The position numbers and the translations under genes are program-made. This document shows, piece after piece, positions 40,562-53,865 of a stretch of DNA of 64,000 bases (within the stretch, counting starts at the first letter, position 1; each line of letters begins with the position of its first letter). The DNA comes from Octopus vulgaris. Taxonomy: Eukaryota. Where the stretch lies: the NCBI GenBank assembly GCA_951406725.2, contig OX597816.1, positions 110,608,001 to 110,672,000 of the forward strand, read 5' to 3'. A model generated the notes under the pieces. That model was not told the origin of the DNA. It was given only the letters and a program-made list of their open reading frames with translations, and did not search any database.

Positions 40562-41310
40562 GTAACTTTCTTGTCCTTCTGCCTAAGTTGTTTAGTTTGT
40601 CAAACTATCGATGTGATTACCTCTGCTCCATATCTAAGGAATGAAACCGCCCATGTGTTGATAGCTTCAATCGTATTCCGTTCGTTTAATTTCGACTTAA
40701 ATATCAGTCTCAATCTGCGCAAGTACACCACCTTAATTTATTCTGTCATCTCTTTCTTCATCAATTTAACCATTTCCTATATCCTTAAGCCAGCCTCTTA
40801 TATCTGCTTCATAACCTCCCCCGACGGTATCGCTAGCCCATCCCTACATTTTATTTTGGCTCTCTTCAAGTCTAATATACCATACGTTTTCAGTCCGAAC
40901 TCTATTCTGATATCAGCACTAGAAGTATACACCGTATCAATGAAGGAACTGACTTGGGATTCATCTTTATCGTAACGTTTGAGGTCATCCATGAATAACA
41001 AGTGGTTGGCTTTGTGTAGGTGGCTCGTGAAAACATACCAGCCTTTGCTTTCCTGAAAATCAGTGTTAGTGGTATGATGCACAGAACAAAGATCAGTTAG
41101 GGGCAGACGGTCCCTTTGAAAGATGCCTCTCCTTATTTCCTTTGCCCCTAAACCTCTTCCATATGCTGTCAGTTCCGACCTCCATTTCGCCATACTGTTC
41201 CCAAGCAGTCACTCAAAATTTGATGCAAGACGAAATAGGTTCATACATTCCAAAATCCAACAACGTAGGATCATATCGTACGCCTTATGATAATCGATCC
41301 ATGACATGGC
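40562..41310 (-). mobile_element. R4/Dong RT fragment
   Basis: IRRGIFQ, ANHLLFMDDLKRY, FSxDI-like..EFGLK, KSKLNERNTIEAINTWAVS. Confidence 0.8.
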
Positions 41311-41324
41311 TACGTTATTATTAT

Positions 41325-42703
41325 TATTTTTTTTCTTCTTTCAAATTTGCTTCCATTTCTTGCCGAGTGTCTTCCCGACTCCTAGGGCAAAGAAACTCAT
41401 AGTATACAATGGTAGGCCATTAAACCAAACTCAGTAGATCGTTCATTTAAAAAATTTTTTTTTTTTAAGTTAAATTAAAATACATGAGCAGCAACAGTTC
41501 TCACATCGACAATGCTCTTCTCAATACGTGTGATGTACCGGTTAAGACAATCTTTTGCACTTCTTGCAGGGATGGTAAGCCAGGGATCATTCTCATATAA
41601 TTTTCGGTTCCCTTCTTGATCATTCCTAGTGCTCCTACGATCACTGGTATTGTAACCGCCTTGAGATGCCACATTTTCTCAATTTCAATGAGTAGGTCTT
41701 TATATTTTCTGAGCTTGTCAAACTCTTTCGCTGAGATATTATGATCACAGGGGATGCTCATGTCGATCAATAAGCAAACTTTATTGTTTTGGTCTTACAC
41801 AACAATATCTGGTTTATTGGCCTTGATGGTTCGGTCTGTATGTACTGGAAAGTCCCACAGAATGGTTACATTTTCTCCTTCAGTTACAGCCTCAGGGTGG
41901 TGATTATACCACTTGTCGGCAGTTTTGATATTGTAATGCCGACTTATTAGCCAGTGGAGATATTGGCCAACTCTGTCATGTCTTAATTTATACTCCACTG
42001 GTGCTAAGACTTTACATCCAGAGATTAGGTGGTCCACTGTTTCAATCATGTCGTTGCAGAATCGGCATTTTGGGTCTGCTCCATTTTTCATCACATTGGC
42101 TTGGTAGTTCCGGGTTAATAGGCTTTGATCTTGAGCAGCCAGGGTGAAACCTTCGCTCTCTGCTTTTAACCCTGAGCTCCGTAGCCACTGATGGGTTTGC
42201 TTCTGGTCAACATCAGCTTGTTTGCTGCGAGTCACATATTTGCCGTGCAGAGGTTTCTCCTCCCACCTATCAGCCAATTGCTCGTGCGCTTTTTTCATTG
42301 CCATCATTTTCACCTTCTTTGCAACAATAGTTGCCGTACTTCCCTCGGGTTGTTCAGTTTGGGTATCCTGCACGAGATCAATAGCAATTTTTTTGCTTTC
42401 CTTTATGATAGAATGAAGCTTCTTTCGTCTCTCGTGATTTTCCACGAGTTTTTGCATCCAGTCATTCGATATTTCGAGATATTTGGCAAGTCCAATTGTG
42501 GTTGTTTTGTAAGCTAGTTCAAATTGGATCAGGCCTCGATCTCCTTGGGCTCTGGGAAGGTAAAGGCGATCTACGTCTGCCTTTGGGTGGTGCATCCTAT
42601 TACAACTCAGCAGCTTGCGTATTTTTCTATCTATATTCTTTACTTCACTCATATTCCAGTTCAACACATTGTAGCTATAAGTAACAACTGGAACTGCTAA
42701 GGA
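41325..42703 (-). mobile_element. R4/Dong 3' fragment, family C, nearly intact frame
   Basis: AVPVVTYS..HHPKADVDRLYLPR..KPLHGKY..AAQDQ..CRFC..ETVDHLISGC..RHD..ILWDF..NKPDIVV*, continuing IDMSIP..KLRKYKDL..RRALSM. 3' UTR and TAA tail at ~41315. Confidence 0.92.
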
Positions 42704-42771
<68 letters not shown>

Positions 42772-42777
42772 CATTAC

Positions 42778-43333
42778 TGAGTGAGAGAGCAGTGCATGCC
42801 ATCAAAGTGACACTGGGGTAAAATATACGAAGCCCAATATACCCATCATGACTACCCGTCTGATAAAGGTACACCAGGCACATGCATCACAACCATATGT
42901 GCGCGACATGGTGATCTCATATCAAGATAAACAGCACATGACCTTGCAGGTGGGGCCCAGTTAGAATTTTCTTCAGGTTGAGTAGCCCATCCCGCTCAAA
43001 AGGTCCCTGAATAAGGGTTGTTTAAGGATGTTGAAAAAAACACCCATGTTTCCAGAGGTGAATTATTCAAACCCCAAAGAATCCCTCTCAACACATGGCT
43101 ATGATGCTCCCCCACTACTTCTGCTCGTGATCAGAGATGCACATATCGTCAGCCACTAAGGGGCATGCTCAACTGGTTAAGGTCAAACAACTGACAAGCA
43201 AATCTGTGATATTGAGCAGAATATTTGCTGTAGCCCATCTTTTATACCAAGACAAAACAATGTACATGATAACACTTCCAATCAGTTAAGATCAGAAGCC
43301 ATGAGAGCCACTGCCTGGTACTGCATCAGGGAA
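42778..43333 (-). mobile_element. N family element copy 3, uninterrupted ~556 bp
   Basis: Runs ttccctgatgcagtaccaggcagtgg..gcactgctctctcactc between two (TAA)n tracts (42704-42777 and 43334-43500). Confidence 0.85.
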
Positions 43334-43395
43334 TTTATTATTATTATTATTATTATTATTATCATTATTATTATTATTATTATTAATATTATTAA

Positions 43396-43474
<79 letters not shown>

Positions 43475-43509
43475 ATTTTTATTGTTGTAGTTGTTGTTAT
43501 CGTTATTGT

Positions 43510-43612
43510 TTTTTAAACCAGTTTTAATCGGTTCCTGATACTTCAATTTCTGCTGGCCCCTAAAGATACCCCGACTCTTTGAGGATTTGGTTAGCTGAAT
43601 CAACCCAAAGCC
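43510..43612 (-). mobile_element. probable 3' UTR remnant of another TAA-tailed LINE
   Basis: Unique GC-richer segment running into A-rich then (AAY)n tail, same orientation as the cluster. Confidence 0.35.
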
Positions 43613-43990
43613 TGTGTATGTCCCTAAAACTTGAGAACTACACAACCAATTTCATTCAAATTTTACACATGCCTTACTTAGGGTCCATGTAGTTTCATGG
43701 GTAAAACAATGTTCAACTTCTTGCCTAGAGCGACCCCATAGCAATATCATATCTTCTCCACCATTTCAATATTACGTGTTAAAAGTGAAACAAAAACAGT
43801 TCCCTATTTTATGTCAGATACTTTCACTTTAACAATAAAAATAATAATAACAATTAAATTATATGTAGTAAGTAATAATTAAAATCAAACTAAAGTATAA
43901 TATAATCGTAACATAACAAAAGTAAAAATAGCAATTTGTATAAAATTGCATCAATGACTTGAACTTGAATAAGTGGTTTCACATGAATGG
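43612..43990 (+). mobile_element. Helitron-like non-autonomous 5'/internal segment
   Basis: tgtgtatgtcc..aactacacaaccaatttcattcaaattttacaca resembles Helitron-N 5' regions. Possible 3' hairpin plus CTAG|T at 44536-44565. Confidence 0.4.
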
Positions 43991-44019
43991 GAATAAATTA
44001 AAAATAAAATTAGCGTACA

Positions 44020-44395
44020 GAAATGGAATAGTCCAGATGGATAATAAAAAATTGAATTAAAGAAAAGACTATTGTCTATAAAGTATACAATGTGGAGAAA
44101 AAAGAAGATTTGAACACATGGAGGAAAGCACCTTCGAAAAGTGTCTTGGTGCGACTATGAAAGGTAAATTCACCACAATACAAGCAAGGTTCGAGTCAAC
44201 GGAGCGTGCAAGGGAGTACTCGACTCGAACTTGCAAAGTGGAAATATTTTATTTTTACCTTTATATCTGGGACGTAGGACGTCCCGGAAAAATTTTTAAA
44301 TGCCTCTCCCCCCACAAGTAGAGGTAGGCTGGATTGTAGCCACTCTTCTATACAAGGGGGAGGACAAGATACAATTGATCGAAATTACAGTCTGT
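44020..44395 (+). mobile_element. ORF1/gag-like relic, same family as 11325..12125
   Basis: TIVYKVYNVEKKRRFEHMEESTFEKCL..TIQARFESTERAREYS..LPLYLGRR..PPQVEVGWIVATLL across frameshifts. Confidence 0.55.
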
Positions 44396-45417
44396 TATAT
44401 ATTTTGAGTATTGTTATCACTAGCGATATCAAGATATAACTTTGTATTTTGTATTTTATGTGTAGATGTATATATATAGATGTACATGTAATATGTACAC
44501 ATATATATACACATATATACATGCACTAGCACTATGACCCCGCAACGACGGGTCTTTAATGCTAGTATATATATATATTTATACATATACATATATATGT
44601 ATATTATACACACTTATGTATACGTTCTTAAAGATGGTGGACCAGAAATTATCATCGTTCATTGTCGATTATACGGGCCGGAAGAAATTCATTGTCTTCC
44701 ACCAAGATTATAAAAGTACTATTTTGTTGGGACTCCGCCTGGTAAAGCTGTGCTGCTTGCTCTCTTATTAAGATTTAAATGAATGACGTATGAACACGTA
44801 GCAGAACAAAGAATATTCAGACAAATGTGGAATATTGCTAGTACAATAACAGCAATGCTGCATTCATAAAATAAGATGATTTCAAAAAGGAACACTATCG
44901 TGACATTAGTTTAGGGTAAGTTCTTTGATAGCATCTCAATCTAAATCATTCAATAACTCAAAAAAATTCAAAATATGAACATTATAAAAAACTTGCAAGT
45001 AAAGTATCAACATGCAACATGCAACAGATCAACATGCAAGTAAAGTATCAAATGAGGCGCTGCATAATTGTCTTCCCTCTATTTTCATCGAACTGCTTTC
45101 CTTTTCAAGTCCGCATTTTACTAAATGTATCAGTTTGATAAGGGACAACTGCAAACAACACCAGGACCCGCTAACAAAGAGGAAGGAACAGTCGGAGAAT
45201 AAAATGTAGAAGTGAAATTAGACTAGTGTAGTATTCTCGATTCCATCAAACACGTTACGGAACATTAAAAACTTCAGATGAAATTTTATTAATGAGGGAA
45301 AATCATTAAAATGAGTAAACCAATACACGTTCTAAACTTATTTGCGAAACTTGACATATGACAAACAGTTTGATGACGTCGAATATTGTGTCGCGATTCA
45401 TCCAACTGGCCACGTGG

Positions 45418-45495
<78 letters not shown>

Positions 45496-46622
45496 ATGTG
45501 TATGTGTGTGTGTGTGTATACATAATATATATGTGGATGTGTATATATAATATGTACATATATATACGCATATAGATGTATACTTATATATAAGTACATA
45601 CATTCAAAAGTACACACATGTGTGGAGACATATTTTTGTGGGCCGTAATAATCCTGCAATATAAGCAATCTTAACACACGCGGGGTAGGGGTGGAAGCCG
45701 TCTCAATACTCATATTCTCCGCGTTTTCTTTATTACATATTCCTTGATTTGATGTATTTGTTAGCACATGTGCACAAACCATTGGCCGATATAATTTTAT
45801 GCACTGTCGAACTCACAGAGATGGTCAGAATACATAGCTATCCGGGACGTTGTGTGTGTACGTGTGTTCAAGTCCGTGCTTTTGCGTCCGTATTTATAAA
45901 TGAGCGTGCATGGATCTGTGCATTTCTCTATTTGTATTTCGGCAAATATATGAACTATAGTGTTTCTATTTCATTCATCGTTGAAATGCTCTAATTAAAG
46001 ATTACTAATTAGTCATCTAGCAGAGTACTAATTGTTATTCATTTCATTAAATTCTGCTTTCATGTCACAAACAGAAACTACTTAAGCTGAATTATGACAA
46101 ACGCGTCACAAATTATTTAATTGTATCAGGAAATTGATTGAAAATGTTAACCTTTGAATCTTTGAATGGGATGCTTCGGTAAATTATTACTGCTTACAGA
46201 TGCACTTTTCCGCTTTTGGAAGGGTGATAAAATTATAGTGTGAGAAAATATTCATAATACTAACTAAATATGCTACAAAAGAGAGAAAATTGTTTATTAT
46301 TACCGCTGTAATTGGAAGAAACACTGTGTATATTGCCATCATCTACATCAGTAATGTGATCATCATTATAACCATTAACAATACGATAACTACAAGTAAA
46401 CTTAGCATCAAAAAATTCTTCTACAGTCATTAATATCACTCATATAACGATAACAATAAATCACACGGCTGTTACTACTATGAATAACGAATATAATACA
46501 ATACATTTAACTACCACAAATGCATACAGCTCTAATTGTAAAAGGACAACTTCCGTCAGTACCAATATTGTCAACATCATCATGAGATTAATTATCCTCA
46601 TCATCTCCATCATCATCATCGT

Positions 46623-46657
<35 letters not shown>

Positions 46658-46684
46658 ATTCATCTTCATCATCATCATCTTCAT

Positions 46685-46725
<41 letters not shown>

Positions 46726-46781
46726 CCATCATCACAACTCCATCATCTCCAAACCCAACACCGACAACACTACCATCATGC

Positions 46782-47068
46782 TTAGTTACGAATTTTTAGC
46801 TCTCTCAGCAATATTTGCAGCTTATTTGTTCCCACGATGAGTGCAATATCATCTGCGGATCGAAGGCGTATTTGTAGCTCGCCGTTGATGTCAACACTAC
46901 CTGTCAAGTCAATGTCACTGATGACAATTTCTAGAAAAGCGCTGAAGAGTTTCGGAGTGATAGTATTTTCTTGTTTCAGACCCTTTTCAACTTGACCTCT
47001 TAAATGTGGCGATAACAAAGTTAAAGCAGTGATGTATCCAGAGTTCGTAACTTGAGCGGCTTCATGCA
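46782..47068 (-). mobile_element. RTE RT-core fragment
   Basis: VEKGLKQENTITPKLFSAFLE..DINGELQIRLRSADDIALI. Confidence 0.75.
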
Positions 47069-47615
47069 TTGTGCTTCGACATCTTCGTTTCTCAGCTCTA
47101 TGCTACCAAAAATGATAGCGAGGCAGAAGTGGAGGGAGAATTCTATATACAAAGAGATGCAGGAAGCTGTAGTTCAGAAATCTACTTACAATATAGTAAT
47201 GGGAGATTTCAACGCAAAGGTTGTAAAAGTACGCTTGGGAGACATGTTGGAACGTCTGAATCAGGAGAGAGAACGTTTGGTTAACATGGAAAAGGTAGGA
47301 TAATTTTACTTTGGGAAAAATATTTACTTTGGGAAAAATATTTAGAATCAATATGAAGAGTTCAGTGAGAACCACGATTCACTAAACCAGAAAATTAAAA
47401 GCTGCATTTGAAAGACGAGAACTAAAAGCCAGCGAGACCCTCGCGTAATAAATCTCGGAGGATACTAAAATGATGCTAGAGAAACGGAAAACTATGAACA
47501 TGGAAGTTAACTTCGAGTGCTCTGATCTCTATAAAGCGATCATATAACATCTAGGAAAAGACTTGACTTCGAGAATCATAGACTGAAGGAGCTGCAGAGG
47601 GAAGAGAAAGTCTAA
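47069..47615 (+). mobile_element. RTE APE-endonuclease and linker fragment, inverted relative to the adjacent RT
   Basis: VSQLYA..EAEVEGEFY..YNIVMGDFNAKV..GERL-like motifs. Confidence 0.7.
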
Positions 47616-47625
47616 TGTGTATGTG

Positions 47626-47626
<1 letters not shown>

Positions 47627-47705
<79 letters not shown>
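47627..47705. repeat. (TA)n microsatellite
   Basis: Direct reading. Confidence 0.95.
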
Positions 47706-47709
<4 letters not shown>

Positions 47710-49930
47710 AACGTATACAAAACGATCAAACAATAATAATTAAACAAGCAGATAAAGGTGGTGCAATTGTTATTATGGATACCGAATATTATAAGGATTT
47801 GGTTGAGGACCAACTGAAGGACACAACCTTCTATTGTGAAATACCCTCAAATATAGACCACCACATCATGAAAAAGATCAACAACCTGATCTCAAAACAT
47901 TACAACTCACTTACCGATAACGAAAGAGACTACATCACAAATTTCGAACCAAAACCCAGCAACTTCTACGGCTTACCGAAAATACATAAATCAAAAGATA
48001 TTCAACAGGCAGTAAAAGAACAAGAAAGTGAGTACATAAAATTACTACATCCAAAAGACCTAAAACTTAGACCTATTATAGCTGGTCCAGCATGCCCTAC
48101 CCACCGTCTAAGCAATTTTATTGACATTGTTTTGAAACCACTATGTACTTACATACCCAGTTTCATCAGGGATGACATCGACTTCCTGTCCCATCTTCCC
48201 AAAACAAGAGAAACAAATTCAGTTTTACTAAGTTTTGATGTGGTAATCCTCTACACCAATATTCTACACGATTTAGGAATAAAGGCGATTAAATACTGGT
48301 TAGAAAAACATAGAGAAGTGATTCCCAGCAGATTCACAGTGCCATTTATATTAGACAGAGTCAAACTTATTCTAGAAAACAACACATTCTTCTTCAATGG
48401 AAAGGATTACACCCAAATTAGAGGCACGGCGATGGGAACGAGGTTTGTTCCCGTTTACGCCAACTCTGTAATGGGATACTTAGAACAACAACTATACCAA
48501 GAGGTGGAGGAAAACTATGGCACTAGATTTAGAAAGTATATTGAAAAGGCATGGAAGAGATACCTTGACGACTGCTTCATAATCTGGACAGAATCTCTAA
48601 ATACTCTGGAAGAGTTTAATATCCTCCTGAACAACCTACACCCATCACTCCAATTTACAAAAGAGATGAGTAGTACCAAATTACCATTCCTAGATATAAT
48701 GGTAATTAAAAAGGACACCACCATCACCACAGATATATACTATAAACACACAGACACATCAATACCTAAATTTTAAGTCGTGCTATCCACCACATACAAA
48801 ACGTAACATCCCATACTGCCTAGGCTGAAGAATTTGTACCATTGTAGAAGATGCAAATATCAGGAACAAACGCCTAACAGAACTAAGAGAATTTTTGCTC
48901 AAACAAAAATACCCATCTCTACTTATAGAAAATGGCATACAGCGGACTATAAAAATACCCATACAACAACTTAGGACAATCCAAGGAAGAGGAAGACAAG
49001 AACAATTCATACCATTCATAGTGACACACAACCCATATCACCAGAATATCTTCAACATTGCCAAAGCAAACCTACCAATCATTGCCCAAAGTAATGAATT
49101 AAAAGACATAATCACGGATCGAGCTATGGTTCTTAGTAAAAGAAAACATTACTAACAAAGGCAAAATTTGACCTTAGCAACAAAGACCAAACATTCACTG
49201 TATCTAAATGCAATGATAGCCGATGTGGCACATGTCAATTTATACATACCGGCCAATATATAAACACAAAAACCTGGAAAATATTCACAAACGCGAATAT
49301 GATCTGCAAAGGCAGAAATTTAATTTACTGCATCAAATGCCCAAATTGTGGAGAAATATATGTAGGTCAGACGGGAAATGCCCTATCAGAACGCTCACGT
49401 GTACACCGACAACAGATTAGAGACCCAGAGGTCCGTCAGATACCTGTGAGTAACCACCTAGCAACATGTGGTCGGAAAATATATATAATATTTCCATTCT
49501 ACAAATTACACAGCCGAAGTGAAATCGAGAGGGTTAAGATACACGACTCTTGACATGCCTAACAAAGCGTGACGCCTAAACCAATCAGCTCAACCAACCA
49601 ATCAGGTTTAGTAATTGAGTGATATTACACACTGATTGGTCAGAATACAGTTTGCAAAAACCTAGCAATCTGGAGTCCACACAGCTGTATTTAAGGCACA
49701 GATTCAATCATCTCGCAACAGTCAAAAATTGTAAAGCATGACTGTCACCACTACTACATTAACCGGAAGATTGAAGAATATAATGCATGAAAGTACGAGT
49801 TCAATCAGAATGAACATTTAACATTCTATTATTTTATTTTATTCTATTATATTATATTATCTTATATCATTATAAGATTGTAAATAAAACGTGAAAATCA
49901 GACAAGGTTGGAATTCCTTTTATTAATATA
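47706..49930 (+). mobile_element. 5'-truncated Penelope-like element, Neptune clade (RT, Cys-rich linker, GIY-YIG)
   Basis: IKQADKGGAIV, FYGLPKIHK, LRPII, SFDVVILYTNI, GTAMG, RYLDD, LPFLD; KCNDSRCGTC linker; NLIYCIKCPNCGEIYVGQT..SER..H. A few frameshifts and stops. (TA)n flanks. Confidence 0.92.
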
Positions 49931-49932
49931 TA

Positions 49933-51202
49933 CGAGGGGAATTCAATAAGTAATGCCCCTTACCCACTTCCCATAGCAGTAGAGCAACGACACTTGGCAC
50001 AGTTATTAGTCTTTTCCTACATAGGAACTACCCAGAGTTATGCATTTCTCCCATCGTTTGATACAGCTCTGGAGACCGTTTTTGTAGAAGACCCCAGCTT
50101 GGTCCTCAAACCACGACGTGACTTCAGAAATCAAGGCTGCATCAGCTGGGAAACGATTTCCTTTCAAAATCAACTTCATGGCTGGGAAGAGGTGAAAATC
50201 AGAGGGTGCAAGAGGAGGAGTTCATAGCTCCACGCCTGTGCTTCTGATCTGGCGACACGTGAGTTGTGGACCGGAGCGTTGTCCTGCAGGAGGAGGATGC
50301 CTTTGCTGATCTTGCCCCGCCTCTTGATTTTGATAGCTTCTCTTAATTTCCTCAAAAGTGAAGCATAATAGGCTCCTGTAATTGTGGTACCCTTTGCCAG
50401 GAAATCTGTCATCACTACTCCGTCCTGGTCCCAGAAGACTGTGAGCATAACCTTGTCAGCGGAGGGCTGCACCCTTGCCTTCTTTGGAGGAGGTGAGCCA
50501 CGGTGCTTTCACTACATTGACTGGCCTTTGGGCTATGGATCATAGTGATGGACCCAGGTTTTATCCTGTGTGATCAATCTTTTGAAAAATTTTGACTCAT
50601 CTTCTTGGCACATCTCCAAATTCATCCTCGAGCACTCAACGCGTTCTTGCTTCTGGAAAGGTGTGAGCAACCTGGAAATTCATCTGACAGACACCTTTTG
50701 CATATGCAAATGGTCATGAATGATAGTTTCTACAGACCCGGTACTAATCTTGACCTTATGGTCTATTTGGCGAATAGTTATGCGTTGACCTTCCAAAATG
50801 GCAGCCTGAACTTGACGGACAGACGTCTCATCAACGGCAGAAGGGGGCGACCAGATCTGGGAGCTGTTTCCACAGAGTTCCGACTATGTTTCAATTCACA
50901 ATGCCAGCGTTTTACAAGGTCATATAATGGGGCATCATCACCATAAGTTACTTTCATTTCATCAAAAGTCTCCCGTAGTATGCGTCCTTTCAAATACAAA
51001 AACCAGATCACTGCTCGACACTCAACAGGCTCCATTTCACACTTGACTCAGTTCAAACACCTGTAAATCAGAAACCACAATTAATTTAGAGCTGTAATTC
51101 ACCACTTAATCTATAGAGGTATAAATAAGTATACATGCAAAATTTCAGCTAGATCAAACAACTGCAAGTGGGTCAGGGGCATTACTTATTGAACGCCCCT
51201 CG
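49933..51202 (-). mobile_element. complete mariner (irritans-like) with TIRs and TA TSD; defective transposase at ~51035..50018
   Basis: TIR cgaggggaattcaataagtaatgcccct.accc / gggtcaggggcattacttattgaacgcccctcg, TA both sides. MEPVECRAVIWFLYLKG, LITQDKTWVHHYDP, LLQDNAPVH, LAPSDFHLF (preceding PYSPD deleted). Confidence 0.95.
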
Positions 51203-51333
<131 letters not shown>

Positions 51334-51851
51334 ATGATGGAAGGTACAGAGGGAGAAAGATATATATATATGTCGTAGCTTGTATTAATTAGTAAAAGTA
51401 TATTACTTTTATCTCTTTGTTATATTACTTATTTTTCATTATTAGCATTTCTTTGTTTTCAGAAAGGTCAAACTTTCAGTAATTTTATCAATTTATATTG
51501 TAATTTTCTTACTTTGCTTGAATGCAAAGAATTGTACAACTTTCAATTGTTATTTCTGGATGAAATGAATGCAACCTCAGTTGTCATAGACAATAAAACG
51601 AAATGTTTGTAGAGGATGTTGAAAATTAAGGTGAGTGCAGAACAATATAAATTTGCTGATTCGTTGATATTATATAATTTTTAAATATTTTATATGCACA
51701 CAGTCCAATAATATGTTGCAGCAGAAGTCAAAATATTTTATAAACCAAACGCCTGTAGGCAACATGGCAAAATACTTCTATCTTTTTAAAATTGTTGGTA
51801 GTGTTATTTTAAAATCATTCTTGCGATGCAGCTGCGCAGTTTCCCCTTTTA

Positions 51852-51972
51852 TTATTCTTATTTGTTTCACTCGTTGAACTGTGGCATTGATGGAGCATCG
51901 TCTTGAAGGGTTTCAATCAAGATCGGAACCATGTGCTTGGGAAGCAAACTTTATATAAGACACCTATGACTG
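51852..51972 (-). mobile_element. internally deleted SINE of the 18253 family
   Basis: ttgtttcactcgttgaactgtggcattgatggagcatcgtc..ggaaccatgtgcttgggaagcaaact. Confidence 0.5.
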
Positions 51973-52746
51973 CATTATGTAAAATATGCAATAATATTGT
52001 TGACTAACCTTTTTAATCTGTGCGTTATACATACAAAAGAGAGTTTTGGTAGACAAACAACTAACAGCTCGGTACATCAGATCATTGCGGGCATATTATT
52101 TCAAGTAACACGTGCAGCGCATGTGAAGGCTAATAATTTCACATATGCCGAGACATGAAAACAATACAAATTCACTAGTGCTGCATTAAATGTCACACCT
52201 CATTTGAAATACAACCTTCATGGGAGACCAGAATTTAAAATAACTTTCTATTTCTGGAGCACAGAACACTATAGAAATCTGAGGCAGAAAAGATCGTACG
52301 AAAATTATATTGAAGAGGAAGACGGCAGCAAATGGAAATGTTGGTGTAAATGAGAGCAGATACATCGCTCCGTGTTAGTTTTTTACTAATTTGTGGAATA
52401 TTTATTAAGACATCATTTTCTGTGCTACAAAATTCACTCCCAATGCGTTTTCTTCAATCAAGTTAACTTAGTTGCAAATGAATATAGATAAATAAACAGC
52501 CGTGTGCATGCGTGTCAAATGCGTATGTAGCGTACAATGCATGTACGGATTTTTACAAAGTTCATCAACTTCCCGCCTGTCACAATTTCCATAACAGGAT
52601 ATTTTAAGGGTGAATATTTCGCTTCTGTCTTATATTCTGAGAGCGGATTACCAGGTGCTGTTTTTGCTTGTCATCTACCTGGATACCTGCCCAGAATCCC
52701 ATAAGCAGAATTCCAGCTTTCTTATTACGAAGTACAAAGTAGACGT

Positions 52747-52807
<61 letters not shown>

Positions 52808-52964
52808 ATGTGTCTGTGTGCCTCTGTGTCTGTGTTTGTGTCTGTGTGTGTGTATATATATATGTATATATATATATATATAATATAAATAATATATAAA
52901 TATATGCATATATACATACATATATGTACATACCTACATATATATGTATATATACATACATATA

Positions 52965-53685
52965 TAGGTAAAGGACATAAAAATCGTTGAACACAATGAG
53001 AAACGAAAACATAAAAACAAAAACAAAGAAACGAACTATTTTCGGACAACGAAAAAAAACAGAGACACGAGAGATACAACATAAAGAATATTTCTCTTCT
53101 TCACTTGTCCCTGTTTCAACTACTCCGCGTAACGAAGGCAAGGACAAGACTCGACTTCTTTAAAACAGTCTTTCCCACAAAGAAAATTAAATAAAATTTG
53201 GGATTTTTTGCGGAGGGTGAAAGTGGTAACAAGAACATGGACAGTGAGAACAAAACAGTAAAAACAATAAAAAAGTAAAAACACTAAAAGACAGAACAAT
53301 GCGAACAAACAGTAAGAATAAAGTATGAGGGTTGTTAAGCCAAGACGATGGAGAAATTATTCTGACCGTTTAATGAGACGAGCTTATGAAGAGACAATAT
53401 AAGCCGGTTTAGTCTTTGCGAAGGTAGCAGTAAGAAAGATTCCCTATCGTCATGTGTCAGCGATGAGAGAGTCGAGGTAGAGGAGTGAGAGACAGGGAAC
53501 GGTGAAGGGGAGAGGAGAGAAATAGCGAAGGGTGGGAGAGAAAACCAGAAAGTCTGAAGAACAAGAGAGGGAGAGAGATAGACAGAGAAGAGATAGTAAA
53601 GAAGAGTGCGCATCGTAATTGTTATGATAAAACTTACTTGGAAAAGGATGCGTGACCTTCGATCATATAGTAATATAAATAATAC
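52965..53685 (-). mobile_element. (TA)-embedded non-coding repeat, longer copy of the 22729 family
   Basis: 3' ~280 bp align with 22729..22996; pyrimidine-rich 5' part on the minus strand; TA-rich flanks. Confidence 0.6.
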
Positions 53686-53806
53686 ATAAATATGTCCATA
53701 TATACATACACATATATATATACATACATATATGTACATACCTACATATATATGTATTTATACATGAATATATGGGTACAGGACATAACAAAAACACAAT
53801 GAGAAA

Positions 53807-53865
<59 letters not shown>

